This document shows positions 40,317 through 49,976 of a DNA stretch of 64,000 bases, piece after piece. The position numbers and the translations under genes are program-made. A model generated the notes under the pieces. The model was not told the DNA's origin and searched no databases. It was given only the letters and a program-made list of their open reading frames with translations. The first letter of the stretch is position 1; each line of letters begins with the position of its first letter. The stretch lies in NCBI GenBank assembly GCA_030650795.1, contig JAUSDJ010000017.1:130699-194698 (forward strand), written 5' to 3'. Source of the stretch: Actinomycetota bacterium. Lineage in GTDB: Bacteria; Actinomycetota; Actinomycetes; S36-B12.

Positions 40317-40424
40317 TTCTTATCTGTAAAGACCTGACACTATGGGTTGGTCCAAACGGCCTGGCTGTGTCATGATTTATCTGTCCGGGGACTGCGCCCG
40401 CAGCCTCGAGATAGGAGCCCTTAG

Positions 40425-41261
40425 ATGGACGTCTCGTCCTCAACCTTGTATGGCTGTGTCAGTAACCGACGTTTCACCATGCGCGACCTGCAAGCTGCGA
40501 CCAATCGCGGCGAGCGCTGGGCCATGATCACCGCATACGACGCCCTCACTGCTGGCATCTTCGAGACCGCGGGCATCCCCGCCATTCTCGTTGGCGATTC
40601 AGCTGCCTCTGTTGTGTACGGGCACACCACTACTCTTCCCGTCACCGTTGATGACCTCCTTCCATTGGTGCAGGGAGTCGTCCGCGGTACGAGCCAGGCT
40701 TTGGTCATCGCTGACATGCCTTTTGGTTCGTATCAGGCATCTCCTGCACAAGCACTCGACACAGCAGCACGCTTCATGAAAGAAGGCGGCGCTCACGCAG
40801 TCAAACTTGAAGGCGGCGCTGCAGTACTGCCCCAAATTGAACTGCTCGCAAACGCCGGCATCCCAGTGATCGGACATCTCGGACTCACGCCGCAGTCCGT
40901 CAACTTGTTCGGCGGCTACCGAGTGCAAGGTCGCGGCGAACAAGGCGAACTGCTCATGCAGGATGCCAAGGCAATGGAATCTGCCGGAGCCGCAGGACTC
41001 GTGCTTGAAGTTGTGCCCAGCTCACTTGCAACCAAGGTCAGCGAAATCCTCACTATCCCGACAATCGGCATCGGTGCCGGCGCCAATACCGATGCTCAGG
41101 TCATCGTGTGGCAGGACCTTCTTGGCCTGACAGCAGATCCCGCGCCGAAGTTCGTGCGGCGTTACGCCGATCTGCGCACAGTGATGACAGACGCAGTGCG
41201 CGCCTGGGCAACGGACGTGTACACCGGCGAGTACCCAGCTGAGGAACACTCGTACAACTAG
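40425..41261 (+). CDS. panB: 3-methyl-2-oxobutanoate hydroxymethyltransferase
   Basis: MITAYD...LVGDSAASVVYGH...AVKLEGG...GHLGLTPQ. Confidence 0.92.
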   Translation: MDVSSSTLYGCVSNRRFTMRDLQAATNRGERWAMITAYDALTAGIFETAGIPAILVGDSAASVVYGHTTTLPVTVDDLLPLVQGVVRGTSQALVIADMPFGSYQASPAQALDTAARFMKEGGAHAVKLEGGAAVLPQIELLANAGIPVIGHLGLTPQSVNLFGGYRVQGRGEQGELLMQDAKAMESAGAAGLVLEVVPSSLATKVSEILTIPTIGIGAGANTDAQVIVWQDLLGLTADPAPKFVRRYADLRTVMTDAVRAWATDVYTGEYPAEEHSYN

Positions 41262-41956
41262 TCGACGTCGGTGACGCGAATACCTGAGTGGGCCTTGTAC
41301 CGACGATTGATCGAGATTAAATTCGCAGTAAAGGTCTCAATCTGTCCGCAATTGCGCAAACGCCCTGCGTAGATACCACGAATCCCGGAAATACGTGTGG
41401 CGAGTTCTTGCACGAGGTCGGTGGCCTCTCGATCATCGCCGACGACCAAGACATCGGTATCGATGGTGGCAACATCTGGATCGAGCAATAGAACTGCCGA
41501 AATATGGTGAAAGGCCCCAACAACTCGACTCTCAGCGAGAATCGAAGCCGCTTGCTGCGCTGCCGATCCTTCTGGCACCGGCAATGCAAAGGCGCCCTGC
41601 TTGTCGAACCCAAGTGGATTGACACAATCCACAACGATCTTGCCAGCGAGTTGAGTAACTAAACCCTGAAGTAGTTGCGCGTGACCATCCCACGGCACAG
41701 CGACGATCACGACATCTGATTGCGATGCACAGTCTTCATTTGACCGACCAAGAATTCCGCTGCCAATCTCATCCGCAATGCCTTGCGCACGAGCCGCATC
41801 GCGCGAACCGATGATCACTTGCTGTCCTGACATTGCAAGTCTGCGCGCAAGCCCACGACCTTGCTCACCAGTGCCACCAAGCACTCCGATGGTCAATGTT
41901 GAAACATCAAGTTGTTGTTGCACGTCACTGTGTGCAGCAGTTGAGTCTGTTGTCAT
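41258..41956 (-). CDS. npdG: NADPH-dependent F420 reductase-family oxidoreductase
   Basis: IGVLGGTGEQGRGLARRLAMSGQQVIIGSRD Rossmann fold. Size and pattern fit NpdG/FNO. Confidence 0.75.
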   Translation of the reverse strand: MTTDSTAAHSDVQQQLDVSTLTIGVLGGTGEQGRGLARRLAMSGQQVIIGSRDAARAQGIADEIGSGILGRSNEDCASQSDVVIVAVPWDGHAQLLQGLVTQLAGKIVVDCVNPLGFDKQGAFALPVPEGSAAQQAASILAESRVVGAFHHISAVLLLDPDVATIDTDVLVVGDDREATDLVQELATRISGIRGIYAGRLRNCGQIETFTANLISINRRYKAHSGIRVTDVD

Positions 41957-42105
41957 GACGTTGGATCATGCCAGAAATACAAAGAACGTTTTGACACGAT
42001 TGCACTTGTGAATGTGTATGTACTAGAGATTTATGCAATGCTCTGTCAGAGTTTTCATTGAAGGACTCCGCTAGGGATGCAGAGTCCGACTACACAGGAG
42101 GCACA

Positions 42106-42519
42106 GTGGCAGTCGCAAAGAAGGCAGTGAAGAAGGCTCCGGCCCGCAAGACTGCAGCGAAGAAGGCAGTCAAGAAGGCTCCGGCCCGCAAGACCGCAGC
42201 AAAGCGCGTTGCAAAGAAGGCTCCGGTTCGCAAGACCGCAGCAAAGAAGGCAGTCAAGAAGGCTCCGGTTCGCAAGACCGCAGCGAAGAAGGCAGTGAAG
42301 AAGGCTCCGGTTCGCAAGACCGCAGCAAAGCGCACCGTCAAGAAGGCAGTCAAGAAGACTGCGGCGAAGCGCACCGTGAAGAAGGCAGTCAAGAAGACCG
42401 CCGTCAAGCGCACCGCGAAGAAGGCAGTCAAGAGGGCTCCAGCCAAGAAGGCTCCGGCCCGCAAGACTGCAGCGAAGCGCGTTGCAAAGAAGGCGCCAGC
42501 ACGTAAGGCTGCACGCTAG
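42106..42519 (+). CDS. Lys/Ala-rich tandem-repeat histone H1-like DNA-binding protein
   Basis: In the frame of ORF 42058..42519. GTG 42106 lies 5 nt after AGGAGG. The product is almost entirely AKKAVKKAP(A/V)RKTA repeats. A strong terminator follows. Confidence 0.8.
   Translation: MAVAKKAVKKAPARKTAAKKAVKKAPARKTAAKRVAKKAPVRKTAAKKAVKKAPVRKTAAKKAVKKAPVRKTAAKRTVKKAVKKTAAKRTVKKAVKKTAVKRTAKKAVKRAPAKKAPARKTAAKRVAKKAPARKAAR
42115..42516 (+). repeat. coding tandem repeat, 42-nt (14-aa) period, degenerating to 39-nt units
   Basis: Five AKKAVKKAP[AV]RKTA / [14 protein letters not shown] units, then two [13 protein letters not shown] units, then variants. Confidence 0.9.
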
Positions 42520-42541
42520 ACACAACCGTCAGAACATCAAT

Positions 42542-42576
42542 AAGGCCCGCACCTTTCGGTGCGGGCCTTATTGATT
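42542..42576 (+). terminator. rho-independent terminator
   Basis: AAGGCCCGCACC-TTTC-GGTGCGGGCCTT: perfect 12-bp stem followed by a T-rich ATTGATT tail. Confidence 0.75.
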
Positions 42577-42723
42577 CCTAAAGAATGAACGCTTAGCCAT
42601 CATCTCCATCGAACTGCATTGCTATCGCGCGCAGTGGCCATCGCCGCATGGGCCTCAGCCCGCGTCGCGTACGGACCCATGACTAATCCCGTCTTCGAGG
42701 TAGCGGAACCTAGACTGCTCCCT

Positions 42724-43587
42724 ATGTCAACGGTTATTCCACCCGCGCCGGTGCGCCCGGGTCGTGTCACTGCAAAGCGTGCAGTTCCGCAGAGCATTGT
42801 CCGACCCGAATATGTCGGCAAGCCTGGTCCCGCACAGTTCACCGGTTCAGAGGTTAAGGATGCCGAGACGATCGAGTTGATGCGTATCTCTGGACACCTC
42901 GGTGCGCAGACTCTTGCCGAAGTCGGCCGCAACATTCGCCCGGGCATCACCACTGACGCTCTAGATGCCATCGCGCATGAATTCATCTGCGATCACGGCG
43001 CCTACCCATCACCACTTGAGTACAAGGGATTTCCAAAATCGATCTGCACCTCCGTCAACGAGGTCATCTGCCACGGCATTCCAGACACCACGGAGCTGCG
43101 CGAAGGAGACATCTGCAATATCGATGTCACTGTCTTCATCGGTGGAGTCCACGGCGACACCAATGCGACCTTTCCCGTTGGCGAGGTTTCTGAGGAAGCC
43201 GCATTGCTGATTGAGCGCACTCACGAGGCCATGAACCGGGCAATCAAGGCTGTCGCACCCGGTCGACCAATCAATGTCATCGGTCGCGTCATCGAGAGTT
43301 ACGCGAAGAGATTCGACTACGGCGTGATCCGCGACTTCACAGGCCACGGAATTGGGACGACATTTCATTCCGGCTTGGTGATCCCGCATTACGACGATCC
43401 GAACGCAGATCTGATTATGGCTTCGGGCATGACCTTCACTATCGAGCCGATGATCTCTCTTGGTACCTACGACTACGAGATCTGGAACGATGGTTGGACT
43501 GTGGTCACCGCCGATCGCAAACTGACAGCACAATTCGAACACACTGTCCTTGTCACAAATGACGGAGTAGAGGTACTGACCAAATGA
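42724..43587 (+). CDS. map: type I methionine aminopeptidase (class Ic, N-terminal extension)
   Basis: ORF 42619..43587. Start set at ATG 42724 ([15 protein letters not shown]...VRPEYVGKP). Motifs [39 protein letters not shown]. Confidence 0.9.
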   Translation: MSTVIPPAPVRPGRVTAKRAVPQSIVRPEYVGKPGPAQFTGSEVKDAETIELMRISGHLGAQTLAEVGRNIRPGITTDALDAIAHEFICDHGAYPSPLEYKGFPKSICTSVNEVICHGIPDTTELREGDICNIDVTVFIGGVHGDTNATFPVGEVSEEAALLIERTHEAMNRAIKAVAPGRPINVIGRVIESYAKRFDYGVIRDFTGHGIGTTFHSGLVIPHYDDPNADLIMASGMTFTIEPMISLGTYDYEIWNDGWTVVTADRKLTAQFEHTVLVTNDGVEVLTK

Positions 43588-44384
43588 CGACCATCCCGAC
43601 CATTCCGAGCAACCCTTGGCCGGCGGTCACGAACCCATGGCCAACTGATGTGCACACCCTCGCGCTCGACATTGGTGGCACCGGGTTCAAGGCTTCGGTT
43701 CTTGACGAGAACGGCGCGATGGTCGTCGACGAAGTGCGTGTGGCCACTCCATATCCGTGCACTCCCGAGATCTTCCTCTCAACCGTCCTGGAATTGGTCA
43801 AGCCTCTTCCCCCAGCCCATCGCGTCACCGTTGGCTTTCCAGGCCTGATCCGCAATGGCCTCGTGCTCGAGGTGCCTTCGCTCTCGCGTCGGGTTCGCAA
43901 TGGCGAGCGAGATAAGCAACTGGCCAAGACCTGGACGGGCTTTGATCTACGCACCGCAATTGCCACCGCAATGAGCCTTCCAACAAAGGTCGCCAACGAT
44001 GCCGACGTCCAGGGCTGCGCAGTTGTCCAAGGCAAGGGCCTGGAATTCGTGTTGACTCTTGGAACCGGCGTTGGCACCTCGCTGTTTCAAGATGGTCAAC
44101 TCCTCCCCCATCTTGAGCTCTCGCACGGCCCCTACGACGACACGATGACGATCGATATCGCGATCGGTGATTTCCAGCTTCGGCACATAGGTGTGGATGC
44201 CTGGCTGATCAAAGTGCGAAAGGCGATCGGCTATTTCGATGCGATGATCACTTTTGATCACCTCTATGTAGGTGGAGGCAATGCCCGCCTCCTCATCGAC
44301 GCCGACACCGGCCCCAAGGGCTCCCTGGTTTCCAATGAGAACGGAATCCTTGGTGGAATCCGCATCTGGGAACTTGACGCATAA
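43584..44384 (+). CDS. ppgK: polyphosphate glucokinase / ROK-family kinase
   Basis: [19 protein letters not shown], size about 265 aa. ATGA overlap with map. Confidence 0.8.
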   Translation: MTTIPTIPSNPWPAVTNPWPTDVHTLALDIGGTGFKASVLDENGAMVVDEVRVATPYPCTPEIFLSTVLELVKPLPPAHRVTVGFPGLIRNGLVLEVPSLSRRVRNGERDKQLAKTWTGFDLRTAIATAMSLPTKVANDADVQGCAVVQGKGLEFVLTLGTGVGTSLFQDGQLLPHLELSHGPYDDTMTIDIAIGDFQLRHIGVDAWLIKVRKAIGYFDAMITFDHLYVGGGNARLLIDADTGPKGSLVSNENGILGGIRIWELDA

Positions 44385-44452
44385 ACACAAATAGCTGCGA
44401 TTGAACGGCATATGAAGTTTCGATTTCAACTATTTCGGCGTATCATTGCTTC

Positions 44453-44911
44453 ATGACCCAATGGCTCACTGCAGAGCAACAGCAGTCTTGGCGTGCGTGG
44501 ATCCAAGCGACCACTCTCCTGCCCGAATACCTGGGTCGGGATCTCCAATGTGAGAGCGGATTGACCCTGCCTGACTATGAAATTCTGGTGCGGCTCTCTG
44601 AATCGCCCGACCGCCGCATTCGCATGAGCGAATTGGCTGAACGCACTCTGGCTTCCCGTAGTCGCCTCTCGCATCAGGTCGATCGCATGGAGAAAGCGGG
44701 CTTGGTCAGCCGCGAATCCTGCGCCGATGACCGACGCGGCTCCTTCGCCGTGCTCACCGACCAGGGCTGGCAATGTCTGGTTGCCGCTGCCCCGACCCAC
44801 GTCAATAGTGTGCGCAATCATCTCGTGGACGTCCTGACTCCCGAGGAGTTCGAAGCCCTCGGACGTATGTGCGCAAAGGTGAACGAACACCTGCAAACAC
44901 TGACCCAATGA
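44453..44911 (+). CDS. MarR-family transcriptional regulator
   Basis: LTLPDYEILVRLSESPDRRIRMSELAERTLASRSRLSHQVDRMEKAGLVSRE...DRRG winged HTH. Confidence 0.88.
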   Translation: MTQWLTAEQQQSWRAWIQATTLLPEYLGRDLQCESGLTLPDYEILVRLSESPDRRIRMSELAERTLASRSRLSHQVDRMEKAGLVSRESCADDRRGSFAVLTDQGWQCLVAAAPTHVNSVRNHLVDVLTPEEFEALGRMCAKVNEHLQTLTQ

Positions 44912-44927
44912 TCACTAGACTCCTCCG

Positions 44928-46307
44928 GTGATCAATTTCGAGACCTCGTACACAGCCCGTATCCGTACCACTCCAGAAGTCCACGCCTCGGGAGTTCTCA
45001 CGCATGCCGTGACCTCGCTCGAAGGTGTTGTGACCGGGATGGATGTTGTCGAGCCAGGCCACGACTATGTGGTCTTGGAACTCACCTGCCTGCTCGGCGG
45101 TGACGATGCAGCCGAACGACTCGCCGAAGCCCTCACAGCTGTCTCTGAATGCCAAGTTGAGCATGTCAGCGATTCTGTTCTGCTCATCCACGCGGGCGGC
45201 AAGCTCGAGGTGCGGGCAACAGTGCCGATGAGCAATCGCATTGAGCTTGCCCGTGCCTACACACCCGGCGTGGCACGCGTCTGCCTGGCCATTGCTGAAG
45301 ATCCATCGTTGGCGCGCGAACTCACGATCAAGCGCAACACTGTCGCCGTCGTCACTGACGGTTCAGCCATTCTTGGCCTCGGCAATCTCGGACCTGAAGC
45401 ATCCATGCCAGTCATGGAGGGCAAGGCAGCACTGTTCAAGCGCTTTGCAAACATCGATGCATGGCCCATTGCACTTGCTACCAATGACGTCGATGAAATC
45501 GTGCGAACAGTTCAGTTGATCGCCCCCGGCTTCGGCGGCATCAATCTTGAGGACATCTCAGCTCCACGTTGCTTCGAGGTCGAGCGTCGTCTTCGCGAGA
45601 CTCTCGACATTCCCGTGATGCACGACGATCAGCACGGAACCGCCGTCGTGGTGCTTGCAGCACTTAGCAACGCTGCTCGCTTTGTCAAGAAGGACCTCGC
45701 AAAACTTCGCATCGTCATGGTTGGCGCTGGGGCCGCTGGCGCAGCCGTTGCTCATTTGCTCATGAAGGCCGGAGTCACCGACATTGTGCTCTTCGACTCC
45801 AGGGGTGCACTGCACATGGATCGCGAATTCAGCGATGCCGATAAGAAGGATCTGGCCAGTCGCACGAACCCACGCAATGTGTCGAGCAACCTCCCAGATG
45901 CCATGGTCGACGCCGATGTCTTCATTGGTGTCTCACAGCCCGGCATGATCACTGCTGAGGACGTCTCCCGCATGGCCAAGGACTCGATCGTATTTGCGCT
46001 GGCCAACCCCACGCCAGAGATCGATCCCATAGAGGCGCATAAGTTCGCCGCCGTGGTTGCCACTGGTCGCAGTGACTACCCCAACCAGATCAACAACGTG
46101 CTCGCCTTCCCAGGTATCTTCCGCGGGATGCTCGACAGTGGCGCGCACGTCATCACCGACGAGGTCCTGGTCGCCGCGGCAAATGCCATTGCCGACGTCG
46201 TGACCGAGGATCTGCTCTCGGCCGCATACATCATCCCCAGCGTGTTCGACGAGCATGTGGCTCCAGCTGTGGCCGCTGCCGTGGCAGCTGCTGCGAACCC
46301 GAGCTGA
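44928..46307 (+). CDS. NAD(P)-dependent malic enzyme with N-terminal ACT-like domain
   Basis: AYTPGVARVC...VTDGSAILGLGNLGPEASMPVMEGKAALFK...GINLEDI...GAGAAG. Confidence 0.88.
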   Translation: MINFETSYTARIRTTPEVHASGVLTHAVTSLEGVVTGMDVVEPGHDYVVLELTCLLGGDDAAERLAEALTAVSECQVEHVSDSVLLIHAGGKLEVRATVPMSNRIELARAYTPGVARVCLAIAEDPSLARELTIKRNTVAVVTDGSAILGLGNLGPEASMPVMEGKAALFKRFANIDAWPIALATNDVDEIVRTVQLIAPGFGGINLEDISAPRCFEVERRLRETLDIPVMHDDQHGTAVVVLAALSNAARFVKKDLAKLRIVMVGAGAAGAAVAHLLMKAGVTDIVLFDSRGALHMDREFSDADKKDLASRTNPRNVSSNLPDAMVDADVFIGVSQPGMITAEDVSRMAKDSIVFALANPTPEIDPIEAHKFAAVVATGRSDYPNQINNVLAFPGIFRGMLDSGAHVITDEVLVAAANAIADVVTEDLLSAAYIIPSVFDEHVAPAVAAAVAAAANPS

Positions 46308-46353
46308 AACCACTTAGCCAACTGAGACTCCACTCCTCTTGGGGAGGGACCAG

Positions 46354-46638
46354 ATGCCCACGTACACGGTCGTGAGAGTGCGCAAGGAGTGGTCAGATGA
46401 TCAGAGCCATCGGCACATCGAGGGTGTCCTGACCGATGCGAATGTGTACTACAGCTGCCAACAGGTCGCCACGAGCATCGACGCTGGCGGCATTTGGCAC
46501 ACCAGTGTCGAAGGCTATTCAGCCAGAATCTCAATCCAGGGCTACTGCTCGATCCGCGCTTGTCTGGCCAAGCCCTATCTCAGGACCAATCCCGACAGCT
46601 TCGACTTGGACAATCTGGAGAACCTGCCCGAGGGCTAA
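46354..46638 (+). CDS. DUF3892-like small protein
   Basis: ORF 46339..46638. ATG 46354 after GGGGAGGG. The RKEWSDDQSHRHIEGV pattern recalls DUF3892. Confidence 0.6.
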   Translation: MPTYTVVRVRKEWSDDQSHRHIEGVLTDANVYYSCQQVATSIDAGGIWHTSVEGYSARISIQGYCSIRACLAKPYLRTNPDSFDLDNLENLPEG

Positions 46639-47067
46639 TCAGGCAATGGACTCCGGAGCAAACACAGGCACGACGTAATCGCCGCCTGGAAGCTTCTCGA
46701 AGACCACCTGCAGGCGCATATCACAAGCAATCGCCGACGGATCGATCCCGACAATGCGGGTGGGCAGCCGCAAACCAGGCTGCTCATCAAGCTCAACCAA
46801 GCCCACCGCATACGGCAGATCCTCGGTGTATCCGGAGATGGCCGGGTGGTGTTGAACGATGAACGAATACAAGGTGCCGGTGCCTGCGACCTCTTCAAAT
46901 GAAGTCGGGCCAGCGCACACTCGACATCGCTCGAGTGGGGGCATGTGCCAAAGCCCACACTGCTGACAGCGGCACATCGCCAACCTGCCCTCTGCCGTGG
47001 CTTGCCAGAACTCGGCAGTGTCCGCGTCAGGCGCAGGCTGCGGCGGGTACGCGACAGTTTCCGTCAT
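46639..47067 (-). CDS. Zn-ribbon/OB-fold protein (DUF35 family)
   Basis: CRCQQCGLWHMPPLERCRVCAG four-Cys ribbon followed by an OB-fold-like segment. ATGA-type overlap with the upstream thiolase-like gene. Confidence 0.8.
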   Translation of the reverse strand: MTETVAYPPQPAPDADTAEFWQATAEGRLAMCRCQQCGLWHMPPLERCRVCAGPTSFEEVAGTGTLYSFIVQHHPAISGYTEDLPYAVGLVELDEQPGLRLPTRIVGIDPSAIACDMRLQVVFEKLPGGDYVVPVFAPESIA

Positions 47068-48212
47068 AGTTGACTCGTTCCGTAGACAAGAGCGCCACCA
47101 AATGGCCCTGCTCCGGAGGTGACCAGGGCCGTCTCGGCCCCGTCGACCTGGCGGTCCTCGGCGTCCCCGCGCAGCTGCAAAACGGCCTCGTAGTGGTGAT
47201 TCATCCCGTGGATGTAACCCTCCGAGAGCAGACCGCCATGCGGGTTGACGACGACATCACCCCCATAGGTGGCGCGACCCTCGCGGAAGTAGTCGCCGAC
47301 CTCACCCTTTTCGCAGAAGCCGAAGTCTTCGAAGGTCGCCATCACCGTGAAGGTGAAGCAGTCGTACATGCACGCAACATCAATGTCATTGGGCCCTAGC
47401 CCCGTTCGAGCCCACAACTTCGGCGCCGTATCGCGCGAGAACATCGTGGTCATGTCGTCCCACTGGTAGGGCGATCCAGCGAATCGGTTTGCATCGGCGG
47501 CCCCCAAGATGAAGGCAGATTTGTGTGGCAGGTCCTTTGCGCGCTCTGCAGAGGTGATCACAATTGCAACTGCGCCGTCCACCTCGTATGTGCAGTCGAA
47601 CAGGCGGAAGGGATCGCAGATCCAGCGACTGGCGAGGTAGTCGTCGATGGTGATCAGATCACGTCCGATGGCATGTGGATTGGCCGCCGCATGGGCCCGC
47701 TGTTGAACAGCAATGGCACCAAGATCCTCGCTCGTCGAGCCATATTCGAATTGGTGACGACGCGCATACATCGCGAACCATTGCGGAGGCACCATGTATC
47801 CATGCGGTGCCGCGAACTGCCCCTCACCACTTGCCTCAATACTCCCGAAAGCCTTGCCATAGCGAGTATCCGAGCCAAGGACGCGGTATGCGACAACCAC
47901 ATCCGCCTGGCCGGAGAGCACGGCCGTGGCTGCGCTCGTCACCGTCGTCGTAACGATGTTGCCACCTCCAGCGATGCTGAGCGACCAGCCGAGATCCTCA
48001 ACTCCGATTGCGTGCGCCACCTGACTGGGACCAGCTGATCCATTGGTCCCAAAGCAAGTCATGCCATCGACATCAGCTGGCGTAAGGCCACAATCGGCGA
48101 GGGCTTCGCGCGCCGCCTCGGCCGCCATGGCCAAAGTGGTGCGACCGGACTTGCGCACGTATTTCGTGCGACCAATCCCCACCACGGCTGCATCTTGCAA
48201 CATTCGGTTCAT
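47064..48212 (-). CDS. thiolase-like / SCP-x-type lipid-transfer protein
   Basis: 382 aa with VVGIGRTKY, a thiolase-fold length and C-terminal GGLLSEGYIHGMN. Paired with DUF35. Confidence 0.8.
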   Translation of the reverse strand: MNRMLQDAAVVGIGRTKYVRKSGRTTLAMAAEAAREALADCGLTPADVDGMTCFGTNGSAGPSQVAHAIGVEDLGWSLSIAGGGNIVTTTVTSAATAVLSGQADVVVAYRVLGSDTRYGKAFGSIEASGEGQFAAPHGYMVPPQWFAMYARRHQFEYGSTSEDLGAIAVQQRAHAAANPHAIGRDLITIDDYLASRWICDPFRLFDCTYEVDGAVAIVITSAERAKDLPHKSAFILGAADANRFAGSPYQWDDMTTMFSRDTAPKLWARTGLGPNDIDVACMYDCFTFTVMATFEDFGFCEKGEVGDYFREGRATYGGDVVVNPHGGLLSEGYIHGMNHHYEAVLQLRGDAEDRQVDGAETALVTSGAGPFGGALVYGTSQL

Positions 48213-48340
48213 TGATCGCTCCCCTGCTCAAGGCCAAAGATTCGTGCAGTGACTGACCTCACTTGAATGTATGTGCGAGCTGAGCCGGTGTCTACCGCTT
48301 TGCGCGACTGCGCCAGGAATGCGTGCGCGAACTTCTGATG

Positions 48341-48713
48341 GGGGACGAGTTGGCCTGTAAGCCGGGTTCTGTCTCGGCATAGCCGAGGGTGATCATCCAT
48401 CTGCGACCACTGTTGCCAGTGGCCTGGTGCGGCCTACCCACAGACATTGAGCGGGCAGCTCGTCTGCGCAGATCGCAAGCGATCCTCTTGGCCTTGCTCC
48501 AGGTGGGGTTTACCTAGCCGCAGCAGTCACCTGCCGCGCTGGTGGTCTCTTACACCACCGTTTCACCCTTACCTCGATTGCTCGAGGCGGTCTGTTTTCT
48601 GTGGCACTGTCCCGCGGGTCACCCCGGGTGGGCGTTACCCACCACCTCAGCCCTGTGGAGCCCGGACTTTCCTCGACACTTTCGTGCCGCGATCACCCGG
48701 CCAACTCGTCCGC
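48341..48713 (-). ncRNA. rnpB: RNase P RNA, bacterial type A
   Basis: The minus strand reads CGGACGAGTTGGCCGGGTGATCGCGGCACGAAAGTGTCGAGGAAAGTCCGGGCTCCACAGGGC...GGTAAGGGTGAAACGGTGGTGTAAGAGACCACC...GACAGAACCCGGCTTACAGGCCAACTCGTCCCC. P1 is formed by GACGAGTTGGCC/GGCCAACTCGTC. Ends are approximate. Confidence 0.93.
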
Positions 48714-48759
48714 CGCAAGGCTATGGCTTTGAGGAGCCTTGGTCCAACCACAGCCAGGC

Positions 48760-49140
48760 TTAAGGGATCAGACAGGCCTGGGGCCATAGATCGGCAGGTA
48801 TCTCGGCATCGGCCGGGCGAGAGTCATCTGCCGAAGGAGAGCCACACACGCTTTCTGGTGCTTTCAGGATCCAATTCTGGCCACTTCGGGCGAAGACGAA
48901 TACCTGCTTTGCTGGCTTGGATCCCTCGTCAGTGACGCTGGCTTGGACAAGCGCCCACTGCCCCGAGCAGTCGAGTTTGTCAAAGGAATCAAGGTGGCTT
49001 TGTGATTCGTGCAGGAACGCGTCGATGGTGGTCTGAAGGCTTGCTTGATTGCAGGCTGCTAAAGGCGGCGAGTCAGCCGACGAGCTGCATCCGGCCAAGC
49101 ACAGCGCTGCCGCGCTTGCAATGAGCAACAAGACCTTCAC
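48760..49140 (-). CDS. lipoprotein of unknown function
   Basis: MKVLLLIASAAALCLAGCSS lipobox. Confidence 0.75.
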   Translation of the reverse strand: MKVLLLIASAAALCLAGCSSSADSPPLAACNQASLQTTIDAFLHESQSHLDSFDKLDCSGQWALVQASVTDEGSKPAKQVFVFARSGQNWILKAPESVCGSPSADDSRPADAEIPADLWPQACLIP

Positions 49141-49184
49141 CGCTCCACCATCTCATATGACGATGGCCTAACGTCTGGACCACC

Positions 49185-49976
49185 ATGCTGATCCTGCTGC
49201 CGCCAAGTGAAGCCAAATCAGCGCCGGTCACCAGCCTTCCCTCAGCCCTCTCCTTCGACGAACTGAGTGCAGTTCGCCAACGAGTACGACGTGCGCTGAT
49301 CAAAATGAGCAGCGGCAATCAAGCGCGAGCGAGCAAGGCCTTGGGCCTGGGGCACACGCAATTGGATCAGCTTGCGATGAATGCCAAACTCGATACTGCT
49401 GCATGCGGGCCAGCGATCGATGTCTACTCAGGCGTTGTGTTCGAGGCACTCGCCGCCGACAGCATGACCCTGATTCAACGCAAGCGAATGCACGATCATG
49501 TAGTGATCGCAACTGGCTTGTACGGCCTGGTACGCCCTTTGGATTCAATCGCGCCGTATCGACTGAGCGCGAATTCGAAGGTCACGGGCCTGCCAACTTT
49601 GCCGAGTCTGTGGCGCAAACCGATTGCTCGCATTCTCGAAAGTTCAGGCGGCCCGATCCTTGACCTGCGTTCGCAGGCATATGTGACCCTCGCGCCGATC
49701 CCCCGGGATTGCCTGTCACGATCGATTTCGGTGCGTGTGCTCCAAGAACAAGACGGAAAGCGCTCAGTTGTGAGCCACTTCAACAAGGCGACCAAGGGCG
49801 CTCTTGTCGGCGCCTTGATTCGCAAAGGTGAATTGCCCGCGTCACTTCCAGTGCTGCTGAAGCAGCTGAGGGTGCTCGGCTACGAATGCGAGCTTCAGGA
49901 ACTACCCAATGCCGCAGCGCGGCTGGACATCATCACGCACTACACACCGGGGAAGGTGTCGACTTCACGCAAGTGA
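49185..49976 (+). CDS. yaaA: YaaA-family (DUF328) peroxide stress protein
   Basis: MLILLPPSEAK...YSGVVFEAL...LRSQAY. Confidence 0.85.
   Translation: MLILLPPSEAKSAPVTSLPSALSFDELSAVRQRVRRALIKMSSGNQARASKALGLGHTQLDQLAMNAKLDTAACGPAIDVYSGVVFEALAADSMTLIQRKRMHDHVVIATGLYGLVRPLDSIAPYRLSANSKVTGLPTLPSLWRKPIARILESSGGPILDLRSQAYVTLAPIPRDCLSRSISVRVLQEQDGKRSVVSHFNKATKGALVGALIRKGELPASLPVLLKQLRVLGYECELQELPNAAARLDIITHYTPGKVSTSRK

Noticed and set aside
41991-42022. Sigma-70-like promoter TTGACA (41991-41996) upstream of the histone-like gene
   Set aside because: The best -10-like hexamer (TATGTA, 42017-42022) is 20 nt away, which is too far. Hexamers at 17-18 nt spacing (GTGTAT/TGTATG) are poor. It is left uncalled.
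42055-42525. Cys/Leu-rich repetitive 156-aa ORF (and 42090..42464) on the minus strand of the repeat region
   Set aside because: This is a mirror image of the Lys/Ala repeat gene. The plus strand has an AGGAGG RBS and a downstream terminator, and the minus strand has neither.
44426-44908. 160-aa minus-strand ORF overlapping the MarR gene
   Set aside because: The plus-strand product has a textbook MarR winged-helix sequence. The minus-strand translation has no recognisable features.
48447-48935. 162-aa ORF (MSGQLVCADRKRSSWPCSRWGLPSRSSHLPRWW...) in the ORF track
   Set aside because: It lies antisense across the RNase P RNA gene. The Arg/Pro/Trp-rich translation is typical of reading through a structured RNA, so it is not a protein.
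49153-49171. Near-palindrome CCATCTCATATGACGATGG in the divergent lipoprotein / yaaA promoter region
   Set aside because: It is imperfect, with a one-base register shift, and short. It is likely chance and there is no supporting context.
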